A stretch of DNA of 64,000 nucleotides from Octopus vulgaris (GCA_951406725.2 OX597824.1:12896001-12960000); one strand, 5' to 3'. Numbered from the stretch's first letter, positions 1 to 12,700 are shown. The notes: a model not told the origin generated them from the sequence alone. Numbers and translations are program-made.

Positions 1-1098
1 GAATCTTTCATCAGCTGATTACACAACCATAAATGCCACCCCTATGGATGCGTTATAGTTACTCTCTTGATAGAGTTTGGTGATCTTTCGAGAATTCCTC
101 CGCTCAGCATCAATGTAAGAAACACTGTTGGCTCAGTTGAGCCCTTCTACCACCTTTTCACAATCCATCATGCTGCAGTCCCATGACCTCAGCGTATCCA
201 TGGCAGGGTGGCTGAACGGGTGCTATGCCTTATCTAAGGTCAGCCCGTAACTAAGCTAATAACGAATTTTTATTCAGCCTGCCGGCTAATTGCAACATCG
301 ATGAGTTTTCAATCACTATTTAACTATATCAATTCGCGGCTGATTTTCACTTAGTATGTGCTGTCAGTGGATACGTGCCACTGATGGAGTGCAACGAAGC
401 AGAAATCCAAATTCAGCAATACCCCCGCTGCTACTGATATAGTTTTTTTACACTATATGCCTATAAGAGATGCTTTCTCGAGACGAATACTGCAGTTTAG
501 AAGGCTTCCAGCAGTATATATGCTTCAAGTATGATATACAAATTGCTTACTCTATTTTGTTTATACACTAACTTAAACGATTATCTCAAGCTTGCATTAC
601 TCTATTCACCTCTCGTCTCTGTCTATTACTCTATCTCCCTCTCTCATACACACAGTTTCTTCCTTTCTGTCTTTCCTCTTTTCTTCAATTTAGTATGCCA
701 ACATTCTCTGTCCATTTCGTCTCAGACAAGATTGCCTTGTCTTTATTACATAGACACAAACTTCTCTATCTTTCGCTAACCTCTTTATCCCCCCTTGCAA
801 TTTAAAACACAGCGATCAGCCAATTTATAGACTACACCCACAATTGATAACGATTCAGTTCAATCCAAACTCTATCCTATCACATACACAACCACGGCGT
901 AACCTGCATTTCAATACATGTCAATTAATTCTCAAGTATAGCATGAAAGACAGCTTGAAAGAATCATTGTATGAATACGCGCGCCCGTACGTGTGTGTGC
1001 GTACATAAATACACATACACCTATATGGACACATGCCTATATTTATACACATATTCGCTTATTTACATATATGCACACACACTGTATAAGAGAGAGAA

Positions 1099-1167
<69 letters not shown>

Positions 1168-1349
1168 TACACGTGGAGTGGCTGTGTGTAAGTAGCTGTA
1201 ACCAACCACATGGTTCCGGGTTCAGTCCCACTGCGTGTATTTTGTGTGCTGTGTGTGTGTGTGTAAAGGCGGCGAGCTGGCAGAATCGTTGGACGCCGGT
1301 ATATATATATGTATGTGTGTGTTTGTTACCCTAGCATTGTTAGAGTAAA

Positions 1350-1690
1350 GTATATTCTGAGTTCAAATTCCGCCGAGGTCGACTTTGCCTTTCATCCTTT
1401 CGGGGTCGATAAATTAAGTACCAATTACGCACTGGGGTCGATATAATCGACTTAATCCGTTTGTCTGTCCTCTCTGTGTTTAGCTCTTCGTGGGTAGTAA
1501 AGAAATAGGTATTTCGCCTGTCGTTACGTTCTGAGTTCAAATTCCGCCGAGGTCGACTTTGCCTTTCATCCTTTCGGGGTCGATAAATTAAGTACCAATT
1601 ACGCACTGGGGTCGATATAATCGACTTAATCCCTTTGTCTGTCCTTGTTTGTCCCCTCTATGTTTAGCCCCTTGTGGACAGTAAAGAAAT
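1350..1690 (+). mobile_element. SINE family B, dimeric
   Basis: ttctgagttcaaattccgccgaggtcgactttgcctttcatcc...gtaaagaaata occurs twice. The head fragment is at ~1267. Confidence 0.85.
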
Positions 1691-1944
1691 ATATATATAT
1701 ATAAACAGTATAAACAGATACAAGTATATAAAATACAACATAAATTCTTGATTTATTAGAATTATCTATTTCTAGAGGATCTTGTGTCACAATGACACAC
1801 AAACGTGTATATAATATATATGTCCATCTTTTTCCTATCTAGCTACGTCTCATCTACTTCAGCCTCTCTTTCTCTCTCTCATTCATCCCTTCAATTTCTT
1901 ATGTCTAACTTTCATTGCTTTTATTCCTTTCTATATCTGCCACT

Positions 1945-2325
1945 GGAGGTGCAATGGCCCCATGGTTAGGGCAGCGGACTCGCGGTCGTAGGATCGCGGT
2001 TTCGATTCCCAGACCGGGCGTTGTGAGTGTTTATTGAGCGAAAACACCTAAAGCTCCACGAGGCTCCGGCAGGGGATGGTGGTGATCCCTGCTGTACTCT
2101 TTCACCACAACTTTCTCTCACTCTTACTTCCTGTTTCTGTTGTACCTGTATTTCAAAGGGCCAGCCTTGTCACTCTCTGTGTCACGCTGAATATCCCCGA
2201 GAACTACGTTAAGGGTACACGTGTCTGTGGAGTGCTCAGCCACTTACACGTTAATTTCACGAGCAGGCTGTTCCGTTGATCGGATCAACCGGAACCCTCG
2301 TCGTCGTAACCGACGGAGTGCTTCC
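1945..2325 (+). mobile_element. tRNA-derived SINE, family C
   Basis: A/B-box tRNA-like head and TSD atatctgccact. Near-identical copies at 33254 and 40835. Confidence 0.9.
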
Positions 2326-2520
2326 ATATCTGCCACTCCAATTCTATCAATACTTCTTCTCTTGCATTTTTTGAAATTTCCCCACGTATCCCTCTTCTGT
2401 GTTACTCTAATCTCTTTATCTACTCTTACAGCTACTCTATCTCTCATATGATTATTACTGAATATATTACCTTCTGCTCATCGCCAACCTCTTCTTTATT
2501 ACATCCTTTGTCGTTCTTAC

Positions 2521-2985
2521 GGAGGTGAGTTGGCAGAATCGTTAACATGGTGGGCGAAATGCTTAGCAGCATTTTGTCTGCCGCTATGTTCTGAGTTCAA
2601 ATTCCACCGAGGTCTGCTTTGTCTTTCATCTTTTCGTGGTCGATTAAATAAGTACCAATTACGCACTGGAGTCGATATAATCGACTTAATCCGTTTGTCT
2701 GTCCTCTCTGTGTTTAGCTCCTTGTGGGTAGTAAAGAAATAGGTATTTCACCTGTCGTTACGTTCTGAGTTCAAATTCCGCCGAGGTCGACTTTGCCTTT
2801 CATCCTTTCGGGGTAGATAAATTAAGGACCAGTTACGCACGAGGGGTCGATCTAATCGACTTAATCCCTTTGTCCTTGTTTGTCCCCTCTATGTTTAGCC
2901 CCTTGTGGGCAATAAAGAAATAAGAATCGTTTGCACGCCGGGCGAAATGCTTAGCAGCATTTCATCTGCCGCTACTTCTGAGTTC
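2521..2985 (+). mobile_element. SINE family B, dimer plus partial third head
   Basis: Same monomer. Confidence 0.85.
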
Positions 2986-3287
2986 GAAACACGCATTGAG
3001 TCGAAATAGGGGCAGCTGAAGAAGGGGAATGTTCCTTGTATTGTTTGTCTTGTACTCTGTTTTTTCGTTGTTAAAAAAAGTCCGTTTCCTTGTTTGATTT
3101 TATGTTTTCGTTTCTCGTTGTATTCTACGTTTATTTGTGGTGTACTGTACTTATATATGCATGCATATATACATATAGATGTAGGTATGTACATATATGT
3201 ATGTATGCATATGTTTTATTTATTAAATTGTTATTATATGATTGAACGCTCGCGTCGTTTTTCTTCTTCTCCAAGTAAGTTTTATTT

Positions 3288-3345
<58 letters not shown>

Positions 3346-3788
3346 ATGTATATGTTTGTGTGTGTGTTTGAACCTCCAACATCGCCTCACAAGCGATGCT
3401 GGTGTGTTTACGTCCCCGAAACTTAGCGGTTCAGCAAAAGAGACCAAGAGAATAAGTACTGGGCTTGGAAAGAATAAGTCCTGAGGTCGATTCACTCAAC
3501 TAAAGGCGGTGCTCCAGCATGGCCACAGTGAAATGACTGAAACAAGTAAAAGAGTAAGGTGGACCAAAATTTCATGCACAAAATAAGTTCAATATGCTCT
3601 GGAACTGTCAAAGACATGCTTCAACTTTTTTCTGAAACTGAATATAATAAATAAAATAATGAAGAACACTCATGTACTTGTAAACAAACAAAATGAATGA
3701 TAATAATAGGATAACATATAAAATAAATACAATCTCAAATGTTTTGGTGCATGACTTTTGGCCTAGCCTCTGTGTGTCTGTGTATGTA

Positions 3789-4220
3789 TCTCTCTCTATA
3801 TAAACGGCAGTTTGTCTGTCTGTGTGTCTGTCAGGTTGTACCCTCACCCTGACCACAGCTTTCAACCGATTCTGATGAAACTTGACACACACATAGCCCA
3901 ATGTCATAATTCAAAACTAACGCAGTGAAAATTTCGAAAAGTTCCCCCAGTTCTGAAAAAATCGATAAATTCGACATGGGGTCGAGAATCTAAGCTTTTT
4001 ATATGCAACACATTTTCTGTCTAAGGGGACACAACTCGACCTTTTTATCGCCCAAAGGGACAGCTAGGAACATCGTATACACAGAAGTATTCGAGTGAAG
4101 AGAAGACATTGCAACCTACACATGCGCCTTCGTTCCCTAGAAGGAAAGGACTAGATTGGGATTAGTCGTTGCCTACTAGGGGCTCTTACATACCCGGGCA
4201 ACACCGGGCTATGCTGCTAG
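3789..4220 (+). mobile_element. Non-autonomous Helitron
   Basis: A|TC start, 3' GC hairpin CCCGGGCAACACCGGG a few nt before the terminal CTAG|T, and no TSD. Confidence 0.8.
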
Positions 4221-4238
4221 TATATATATGTATACATA

Positions 4239-4995
4239 CAGGGTGCGGTGAATATATTATCGTCTAAATTACGCAAGGGTGAAAATAACACTGACATCTC
4301 ATTTTAAAAGAAACACTAAAGGGTAAATTTATTCAATAAAATCGCCATTGGTTTCAACCAAGGCCTTCAGACAACTTCAAAATCTCCTGCAGCTCTTCTG
4401 GACAGTTTCCATGTTTAAGTTGGTGAATGCTGCCATAATCCTTGTCTTCAGTTCATCTTTGGTGTTACAAGGAGTTTTGAGGATCTCTCATTCAGCTGTG
4501 CTCCACACATAATAATCAAGGGGGTTGCAGTCTGGGGAGTTAGGTGGCCAGATGTTAGGGGTGATGTGGTCACAGAAAATGTCTGACAGCCATGACTGGG
4601 TTCTCCTGCTTGTGTGGCAAGGTGCAGAGTCCTGTTGCCAGACATGAGGTCTTTCAGCAGCCACCCTCTTGACCCAGGAAGGCACTACCTCCTCCAGGCA
4701 ATTGATATAGGCCTCTGTGTTGAGTTTGAGGCCATGTGGGAAGATGAATGATGCTGACTGGATGTTTGACAGCAATTTGTTCACCAACAGTTCGTATTGG
4801 AGCTTCTGGTATGAATGCCATGCAATACAGCATGTCATTTCCAAATTATGGCAGAGTAAATTGTATCAGGGTGCTGCTTTTCTCTGACAGTGCCCAAAAG
4901 ACCCTACTATACTGTGTAGTCAACAAAATCAAAAGCAAACAATGTGCATTCACAAAACTAAAAATATAAAATGGTGACAGTTTACCCATTGCACC

Positions 4996-4998
<3 letters not shown>
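4239..4998 (-). mobile_element. Tc1/mariner DD37D (maT-type) element, internally deleted
   Basis: TIR CAGGGTGC.... WQQDSAPCH...WPPNSPDCNPLDY has 37 residues between the last two D. Same family as 25390-26685. Confidence 0.88.
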
Positions 4999-5045
<47 letters not shown>

Positions 5046-5062
5046 ACATATATATATATATA

Positions 5063-6318
5063 CGAGGGGCGTTCAATAAGTAATGCCCCTGACCCACTTC
5101 CCATAGCAGTAGAGCAACGAAACTTGGCACAGGTATTAGTCTTTTTCTACATAGGAACAACCCAGTGGTACGCATTTCTCCCATCGTTTGATGCAGTTCT
5201 GGAGACCGTTTTCGTAGAAGACCCCAGCTTGGTCCTCCAACCACGACGTGACTTCAGAAATCAAGGCTGCATCATCTGGGAAGAGGTGAAAATCAGAGGG
5301 TGCAATGTCAGGAGAGTAGGGGGGTGGGGTAAGAGTTCATAGCCGCACGCCTGTGCTTCTGATCTGGCGACACGCGAGTTGTGGACCGGAGCGTTGTCCT
5401 GCAGGAGGAGGATGCCTTTGCTGATCTTGCCCCGCCTCTTGGTTTCGATAGCTTCTCTTAATTTCCTCAAAAGTGAAACATGATAGGCTCCTGTAATTGT
5501 GGTACCCTTTGCCAGGAAATCTGTCATCACTACTCCGTCCTGGTCCCAGAAGACTGTGAGCATGACCTTGCCAGCGGAGGGCTGCACCCTTGCCTTCTTT
5601 GGAGGAGGTGAGTGATGGTGCTTCCACTGCATTGACTGGGCTTTGGTCTCTGGATCATAGTGATGGACCCAGGTCTCATCCTGTGTAATCAGTCTTTTGA
5701 AAAATTTTGACTCATCTTCTTGGCACATCCCTAAATTCTTGCTTCTGGAATTCTTGCGTTCTTGCTTCTGGAAAAGTGTGAGCAACCTGGGAATTCATCT
5801 GGCAGACACCTTTTGCATATGCAAATGGTCGTGAATGATAGTTTCCACAGACCCGGTACTAATCTTGACCTAATGAGCTATTTGGCGAATAGTTGTGCGT
5901 CGATCTTCCAAAATGGCAGCCTCAACTTGACGGACAGATGCCTCATCAATGGCAGAAGGGGTGCGACCAGATCTGGGAGCTGTTCCCACAGAGTTCCGAC
6001 CATGTTTGAATTCACGATGCCAGCGTTTTACAAGGTCATATGATGGGGCATCATCACCATAAGTTACTTTCATTTCATTAAAAGTCCCCCGTGGTGTGCG
6101 TCATTTCAAATACAAAAACCGGATCACTGCTCGACACTCAACAGGCTCCATTTCCCACTTGACTCATTTCAAACACCTGCAAATCAGAAACCACAATTAG
6201 TTCGGAGCTGTAATTTGCCACTTAATCTATAGAGATATCAATAATTGCACATGCAAAATTTCAGCTAGACCAAACAAAGGCAAGTGGATCAGAGGCATTA
6301 CTTATTGAACGCCCCTCG
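5063..6318 (-). mobile_element. mariner (DD34D-type) DNA transposon with a decayed transposase
   Basis: TIRs CGAGGGGCGTTCAATAAGTAATGCC at both ends with TA TSDs. Motifs TQDETWVHHYDPE, KVMLTVFWD and LLQDNAPVH, plus an N-terminal HTH (VKRWHREFKHGR...PRSGR). ATG at 6151, several frameshifts. Confidence 0.95.
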
Positions 6319-6321
6319 TAT

Positions 6322-6368
<47 letters not shown>

Positions 6369-6443
6369 TGAAAGAAAAAGGTGTTCAGAATGCTGGATGA
6401 TTGTAAAAATATATATTTATTTACATATCACGTATTATTTCTT

Positions 6444-6487
6444 CATATTAGTGCTTTCAACTACTCCTGTAGTTTCATCAGAAATGT
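6444..6487 (-). ncRNA. Minimal type I hammerhead ribozyme motif in a PLE-type terminal repeat (6365-6530)
   Basis: CUGAUGA-AACUAC-agga-GUAGUU-GAAA-GCAC-UA, with a perfect 6-bp stem II. Confidence 0.65.
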
Positions 6488-6579
6488 CAGTTTGTAGAGT
6501 TTTGCCTGTATTTTTATTATTGGTAAATGAAGTGGGGAGAGAGAGTGTGTGTGTGTGTGTGTATATAATGGGGAATAAT

Positions 6580-6855
6580 GCACCATCCGATCGTGGCCAT
6601 TGCCAGCCTCGCCTGGCCCCCGTGCCGGTGGCACGTAAAAAGCACCATCCGACTGTGGCCGTTTGCCAGCTCCGTCTGGCACGTAAAAGGCACCCACTAC
6701 ACTCACAGAGTGGTTGGCATTAGGAAGGGTATCCAGCCGTAGAAACATTGCCAGATCAGACTGGGCCTGGTGCAGCCTTCTGGCTTCCCAGACCCCAGTT
6801 GAACCGTCCAACCAATGCTAGCATGGAAAGCAGACGCTAAATGATGATGATGATA
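6580..6855 (+). mobile_element. RTE 3'UTR/tail copy
   Basis: Matches the UTR of 29964-30430 and has a (GAT)n tail. Confidence 0.8.
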
Positions 6856-7258
6856 CACTCACATATATATACACACATATGGAGGAACCTATTCCCTCTC
6901 TCTCTTTCGGAGAGGCACTGAGCAGCTATACGCACACATACACACACGGCAGTAACTTCCACCTACCGAATTCAATCACAAAGCTCCGGTCGGCTCGGGG
7001 CTATAGTGGAAGACACCTACCCAAAGTGCCACGCAGTGGGACTGAACCCGAAACCATGTAGCTAGTTTATTGTGTGTATATTTTCATAAACATTCATACA
7101 TACATATACCGTGTGTTCTTGAAAATGAGAAAGAAAGAAAGGGAAAAAAATAAAATATAAAAATATAAAAATAAAGAAAATATTGTGTCTATTCTTTACC
7201 TGGCACTCCCTTAGGTTTCTAAAAGAACAGGTGGTTGACCATTCAATGTTTGATATAC

Positions 7259-7317
<59 letters not shown>

Positions 7318-7352
7318 AAAAAGATGGGGAACACGAGTTGTGATATATAAAA

Positions 7353-10300
7353 AAAGGAAATGAAGAAAATGCTGACAAAATAATTTAAGAAAAGGGAGAG
7401 TGTATTTAATTAGGTGAAAGTTCTTTTTAGCGGTTGCGCATTTGTTATGCTTATCAAAAGATATTTTTTAAGAGAGATAGAGTTCCTTTCTGATAGATTT
7501 CTTTCTCTTATCTGACTTTATGTTGGGTTTGCTGTCTCTTATATGTGAAAAAAGAGGCTCCAGAGTTGTTTAAGATTTGCTTGGTTTCGCGCCTAAAATT
7601 TCTTGTGGACAATGGTCAATACAATTTTGATTGGTCATTATAAAGGGGTCACGTGAATGTTTGAATGGAAGTTGGTGTTGGGGTAAGAAAATAGGCTCCA
7701 GAGATGTTAAAATTTGGTTAGTGTCGCGCCTAAAATTTCTTATTGGTCATAATAAAGAGGTCACGTGGATGTGGAGCCTCTTCTACGGTATTCCCAAAAT
7801 TCATAAAAGCGAATTAATAAGTAAGGCATGCAAGGAGGCCACAAACTCTGTAATCAATGTCCCCTCACCAAATGACCTCAAATTGAGACCTATAATAGCA
7901 GGTCCCGCTTGCGAAACCCACCGCCTTAGTAACTTCATTGATACCCTTCTCAAGCTCTTCCTCAAACACATTAAAAGCTTCATAAGGGACGATCTAGATA
8001 TGCTCAACCACCTCCCCAATACACTTCTTGCTGAACAAACCCTGCTAGTAACATTCGATGTAGTTAATCTTTACTCCAACATCCCCCACAACCTAGGAAT
8101 AGAAGCTATCCAATTCTGGCTGGATAATTACTCCAACGAACTCCCACGCCGCATCAAAAAGGAATTTATTTTAGAAGGACTCAAATTCATCTTAGAGAAT
8201 AATTTCTTCACCTTCAACAACAAATTCTACAGACAGAAATCAGGGACGGCAATGGGAACGAAAACAGCTCCCACTTACGCCAACCTAGTCATGGGATACC
8301 TGGAAATCACCCTCTATAATAACGTTCTTAACCAATTTGGCACCACTCTCCACACACACATAGAGAAGAACTGGAAGAGATATCTTGATGACTGCTTCAT
8401 CCTTTGGCCCGAAACCATCGAGAAGCTTAAAGAATTTCACACCCTTATAAATGGGCTCAACACAAACATTATTTTCACAATGGAATACAGCCCTCAACAA
8501 ATTCCCTTCCTCGACATCCTCATTAAAATTCACAACAAAAAATAGAAACAGACATATACTACAAGCCCACAGACTCCAAGCAATACCTCCCTTTCAATTC
8601 ATGCCACCCTGGACACGTTAAAATTAACATTCCCTACAACTTAGCCAAGAGAATTTGCACTATAGTCTCCAATAAAAACACCCGTCTCTTACGTCTACAA
8701 GAACTTAAGGACACATTAACAAGCAGGGATTACCCCACGTCACTAATTGACAATGGGATCCAACGCGCCCTAAAACTCAGCACACAGGAACTTAGACGCC
8801 CTAAACATGTTACATCGAAACCCCATACTCTACCATACATCTCTACACACAACCCCCTCAACAATGAAGCTTTTGACACCATCCTCCAGAACATTCCTAT
8901 ATTAAAAAAGGACCATAGAATGAACCAAATCCTCCTAACACACGAAATCATAAAGAGCAAAAGGCAACCCAAATCATTGAAAACCATCCTAACAAATGCC
9001 AAAGTACTGCCAACCACAACAACTAAACCCACAGTAAACAAATGCAATAGACCCAACTGTGGTATATGCATCAACCTAATAGAAGGTCCGGAATTCCTTT
9101 TTAAACAAGGACAACGTTTCACAGTAAAACACAACTTCACATGCGCATCAGAAAACCTAGTATATGTCTTAACTTGCTCGGGCTGTAATGAACACTACAT
9201 AGGCCAACTAAAAATAGCCTCCGCCAACGCATGACTGTCCACAGATCCCAAATAAAAATACAGGAATACAGAAAAATAGCACTTAGCGCACATATTGATA
9301 CCTGTGCCGCACAACTTCATCCCAATTTTAGAATCTTTCCCCTCTACAAATTTAAAGCCAACGCCACTCATACCCAGCGAATAACCATGGAATCCCACCT
9401 TATTAATAAATACAGACCACTTCTAAACACATCCCCCTAACACGAACCCACAACAAACACACTTACACATGCACACACCCTACACACACTTTTACCCAGA
9501 TATCAACACCATGACACACGCAAATATATGGTTCCACACATACACATAATTTAATACGGGTGCAAAACATCCAACACTATTTTTTGGAAATGACTGTAAA
9601 TATTGACTTCACACAAACACGTTGCTTCCCGATACAGGCACAAGGCCAGCAGAACTATAAATATTGAAAATTGTACCCACACACGCACACATATATATAC
9701 ACGCGCGCGCGCCCCAACATACATATAAACACACACACACGCGCACACACATACATACATATAGCTCTTCCTGTCCTAAACGAACTTACTTATCCAGCTC
9801 AAATTCAGTCAAGCGGAAAATACACTCCTTAACTACGTGCTAAAAAGCTATTTAAAATATCCACATGACGTCTACTGAACAGCCTGAACAATAAGAATTT
9901 TCAACAACGCTATTTTCGAAAACTCCATACACCACCCACACCAACATTCATTCTAAACATTCACGTGACCTCTCTATTATGACCACATCCACGTGACCTC
10001 TTTATTATGACCAATAAGAAATTTTAGGCGCAACACTAGCCAAATTTTAACATCTCTGGAGCCTATTTTCTTACCCCAACACCAACTTCCATTCAAACAT
10101 TCACGTGACCCCTTTATAATGACCAATCAAAATTGTATTGACCATTGTCCACAAGAAATTTTAGGCGCGAAACCAAGCAAATCTTAAACAACTCTGGAGC
10201 CTCTTTTTTCACATATAAGAGACAGCAAACCCAACATAAAGTCAGATAAGAGAAAGAAATCTATCAGAAAGGAACTCTATCTCTCTTAAAAAAATATCTT

Positions 10301-10401
10301 TTGATAAGCATAACAAATGCGCAACCGCTAAAAAGAACTTTCACCTAATTAAATACACTCTCCCTTTTCTTAAATTATTTTGTCAGCATTTTCTTCATTT
10401 C

Positions 10402-10405
<4 letters not shown>
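7353..10405 (+). mobile_element. Penelope-like retroelement, 5'-truncated, with an inverted copy of its 3' end at the 5' side
   Basis: RT motifs FYGIPKIHK, LRPII, TFDVVNLYSNI, GTAMGT and RYLDD, then CxxC..CxxC and a GIY-YIG motif (NLVYVLTCSGCNEHYIGQ). 7353-7774 is the reverse complement of 9983-10405. Both sides are flanked by (TA)n. Confidence 0.92.
7778..9440 (+). pseudogene. Penelope RT plus GIY-YIG endonuclease ORF, frameshifted at ~8543 and ~9210
   Basis: ORFs 7631..8545, 8920..9234 and 9231..9440 join into one PLE polyprotein. The first ~50 aa of ORF 7631 are read from the inverted repeat and are not real. Confidence 0.9.
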
Positions 10406-10473
<68 letters not shown>

Positions 10474-10510
10474 GAAGTATTGGGGGTGATGTACAGATTT
10501 AATACATATG

Positions 10511-10699
10511 AAAGAAAAATGTGTTCAGAATGCTGGATGGTTGTAAAAATATATTTATTTACATATCACATATTATTTCTTCATATTAGCGCTTTCAACT
10601 ATGAGTAGTTGAAAGCGCTAATATGAAGAAATAATATGTGATATGTAAATAAATATATACTTTTACAACCATCCAGCATTCTGAACACCTTTTTTCTTT
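10511..10699. repeat. ~190-bp near-perfect palindrome (arms ~91 bp, 4-nt loop)
   Basis: The arms are the same repeat as 6369-6463, folded back at 10602-10605. Confidence 0.9.
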
Positions 10700-10707
10700 T
10701 ATATATA

Positions 10708-10995
10708 TCATCATCATCATCGTTTAACGTCTGCTTTCCATGCTAGCATGGGTTGGACGGTTCAACTGGGGTCTGGCAAGCCCGAAGGCTGCACCAGGCC
10801 AGTCAGATCTGGCAGTGTTTCTACAGCTGGATGCCCTTCCTAATGCAAACCACTCCGTGAGTGTAGTGGGTGCTTTTTATGTGCCACCGACACAGGTGCC
10901 AGACGAGGCTGGCGAACGGCCACGCTCGGATGGTGCTTTTTACATGCCACCGGCATGGAGGCCAGGCAAGGCTGGCATGGCCACGATCGGATGGT

Positions 10996-10996
<1 letters not shown>
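10708..10996 (-). mobile_element. RTE 3'UTR/tail copy
   Basis: catcatcatcgtttaacgtc...ccatgctagcatggg signature. Confidence 0.8.
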
Positions 10997-11034
<38 letters not shown>

Positions 11035-11287
11035 TCTATGTCTGAAAATAATCATAGAGATGGTCTTGAATGGACTGTTCTGGTTTCCTTACACTAATCT
11101 TTTTTATATATTTATATTATTTAAGCTCCATTGCCAAAAAATTTTCAGTCACCTTTATTATGCATAAATGTATTCCATATATTTTACTTCATTCAACTTC
11201 ACTCATATTACTCTCTTAGGCTTTATCACTTTTTATTCGTGTATACATGTATATTGTATACTATTGGGCTTTACCATTAGGTGCCCT

Positions 11288-11650
11288 CATCATCATCATC
11301 ATCATTTAACGTCTGCTTTCCATGCTAGCATGGGTTGGATGATTTGACTGAGGACTAGCGAACCAAATGGCTGCACCAGGCCTCAATCTGATCTGGCAGA
11401 GTTTCTACAGCTGGTTGCCCTTCCTAATGCCAACCACTCCAAGAGTGTAGTGGGTGCTTTTACATGTCACCCGCACGACGGCCAGTCAGGTGGTACTGGC
11501 AATGGCCACGTTCAAATGGTGTTTTTTACATGCCACCTGCACAGGAGCCAGTCCAGCAGCACTGGCAACGACCTTGCTTTAATGTTTTTTCACGTCACCA
11601 GCACAAGTGCCAGTAAGGCAATGCTGGTAATGATCAAACTTGAATGGTAC
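11288..11650 (-). mobile_element. RTE 3'UTR/tail copy (second subfamily)
   Basis: Same signature. Confidence 0.8.
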
Positions 11651-11839
11651 TTTATTATTTTAATATATATGTATATTCGATTTTTTTAATTTTCGGAATG
11701 ACAAAGTTGTTTTGACTGATTGAATTGTTTATTCATTATAACCTTTCAATTTATATATATATTCAAAATGTGACCGCATGTGTACCGTTGGTGACTTTTT
11801 TCCTCTGTCTTCTCTTCTTTGGATCTTTCCTTTTCCTAT

Positions 11840-11874
11840 GTTTCTGACGAAGAGCTCCGCTCGATACGTTAAAC
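11840..11874 (+). ncRNA. Minimal hammerhead motif (GAAA mutated to GAUA) in a dispersed repeat at 11760-11962
   Basis: GUUU-CUGACGA-A-GAGC-ucc-GCUC-GAUA-CG-UU-AAAC. The sister copy at ~49485-49520 retains GAAA. Confidence 0.5.
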
Positions 11875-11956
11875 CCTCTTTCTTTCCTGAGCTTCCAATA
11901 ATACTATACTCGTTCCACGTCCTCACATTGTTGTTTTTTTGTCTTTATGTTTGGAT

Positions 11957-11991
<35 letters not shown>

Positions 11992-12208
11992 GTGAAATAA
12001 AAGCAATATGTTAAGATCTTAAAAAACAGGAAGGAAAACCACCATGCAATTTTGGGCATTTGACACAAAACCCTCAGATTACTCTGATGTGACATTTGAA
12101 AAATGCCCTCAATTTCTGATATAGACAATTGGAAAAACCCCCCACTGAGTGGACAAGTCTATTTGACTGACCCTAGTACTCAGCATGTATATTATTTAGC
12201 ATCACCTT

Positions 12209-12665
12209 CAGTGTTTCTCAACCATGTTCCATGTGACCCCTGGTGGTCCATGTAAGATTTTGAGGGATCCACACAAGCAAAACAGTAAATTGGATATTAG
12301 TATTTTAGGGATCAATGAAAAAAATTTGCTTCAGATGTATTTATTGCAAAAAAAACAGCTAGTTTTCTTCTACTAATGTTTTATATAGCTCAGCTTACAC
12401 AAGGGAATGTGTGATAGACAAAATAGGAATTTTGAAAGATATACATATACTCTTTTACTTGTTTCAGTTATTTGACTGTGGCCATGCTGGAGCACCGCCT
12501 TTAGTCGAGCAACTCGACCCCGGGACTTATTCTTTTGTAAGCCCAGTACTTATTCTATCAGTCTCTTTTGCCGAACCGCTAAGTGACGGGGACGTAAACA
12601 CACCAGCATCGGTTGTCAAGCAATGCTAGGGGGACAAATACAGACACACAAACATATACACACAC

Positions 12666-12700
<35 letters not shown>

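Noticed and set aside
375-415. Hammerhead-like ctgatgg..tgc aacgaa gca gaaa
   Set aside because: The core is CUGAUGG rather than CUGANGA, and stems I and III are not convincing. Single copy in the window.
971-1334. YI/CV/HT-rich ORFs here and throughout the window
   Set aside because: Translations of (TA)n, (TG)n and (CA)n microsatellites and SINE bodies.
1945-2020. tRNA gene (also at 33254 and 40835)
   Set aside because: The tRNA-like head lacks a proper acceptor stem and continues into a shared ~300-bp body with TSDs, so it is a SINE.
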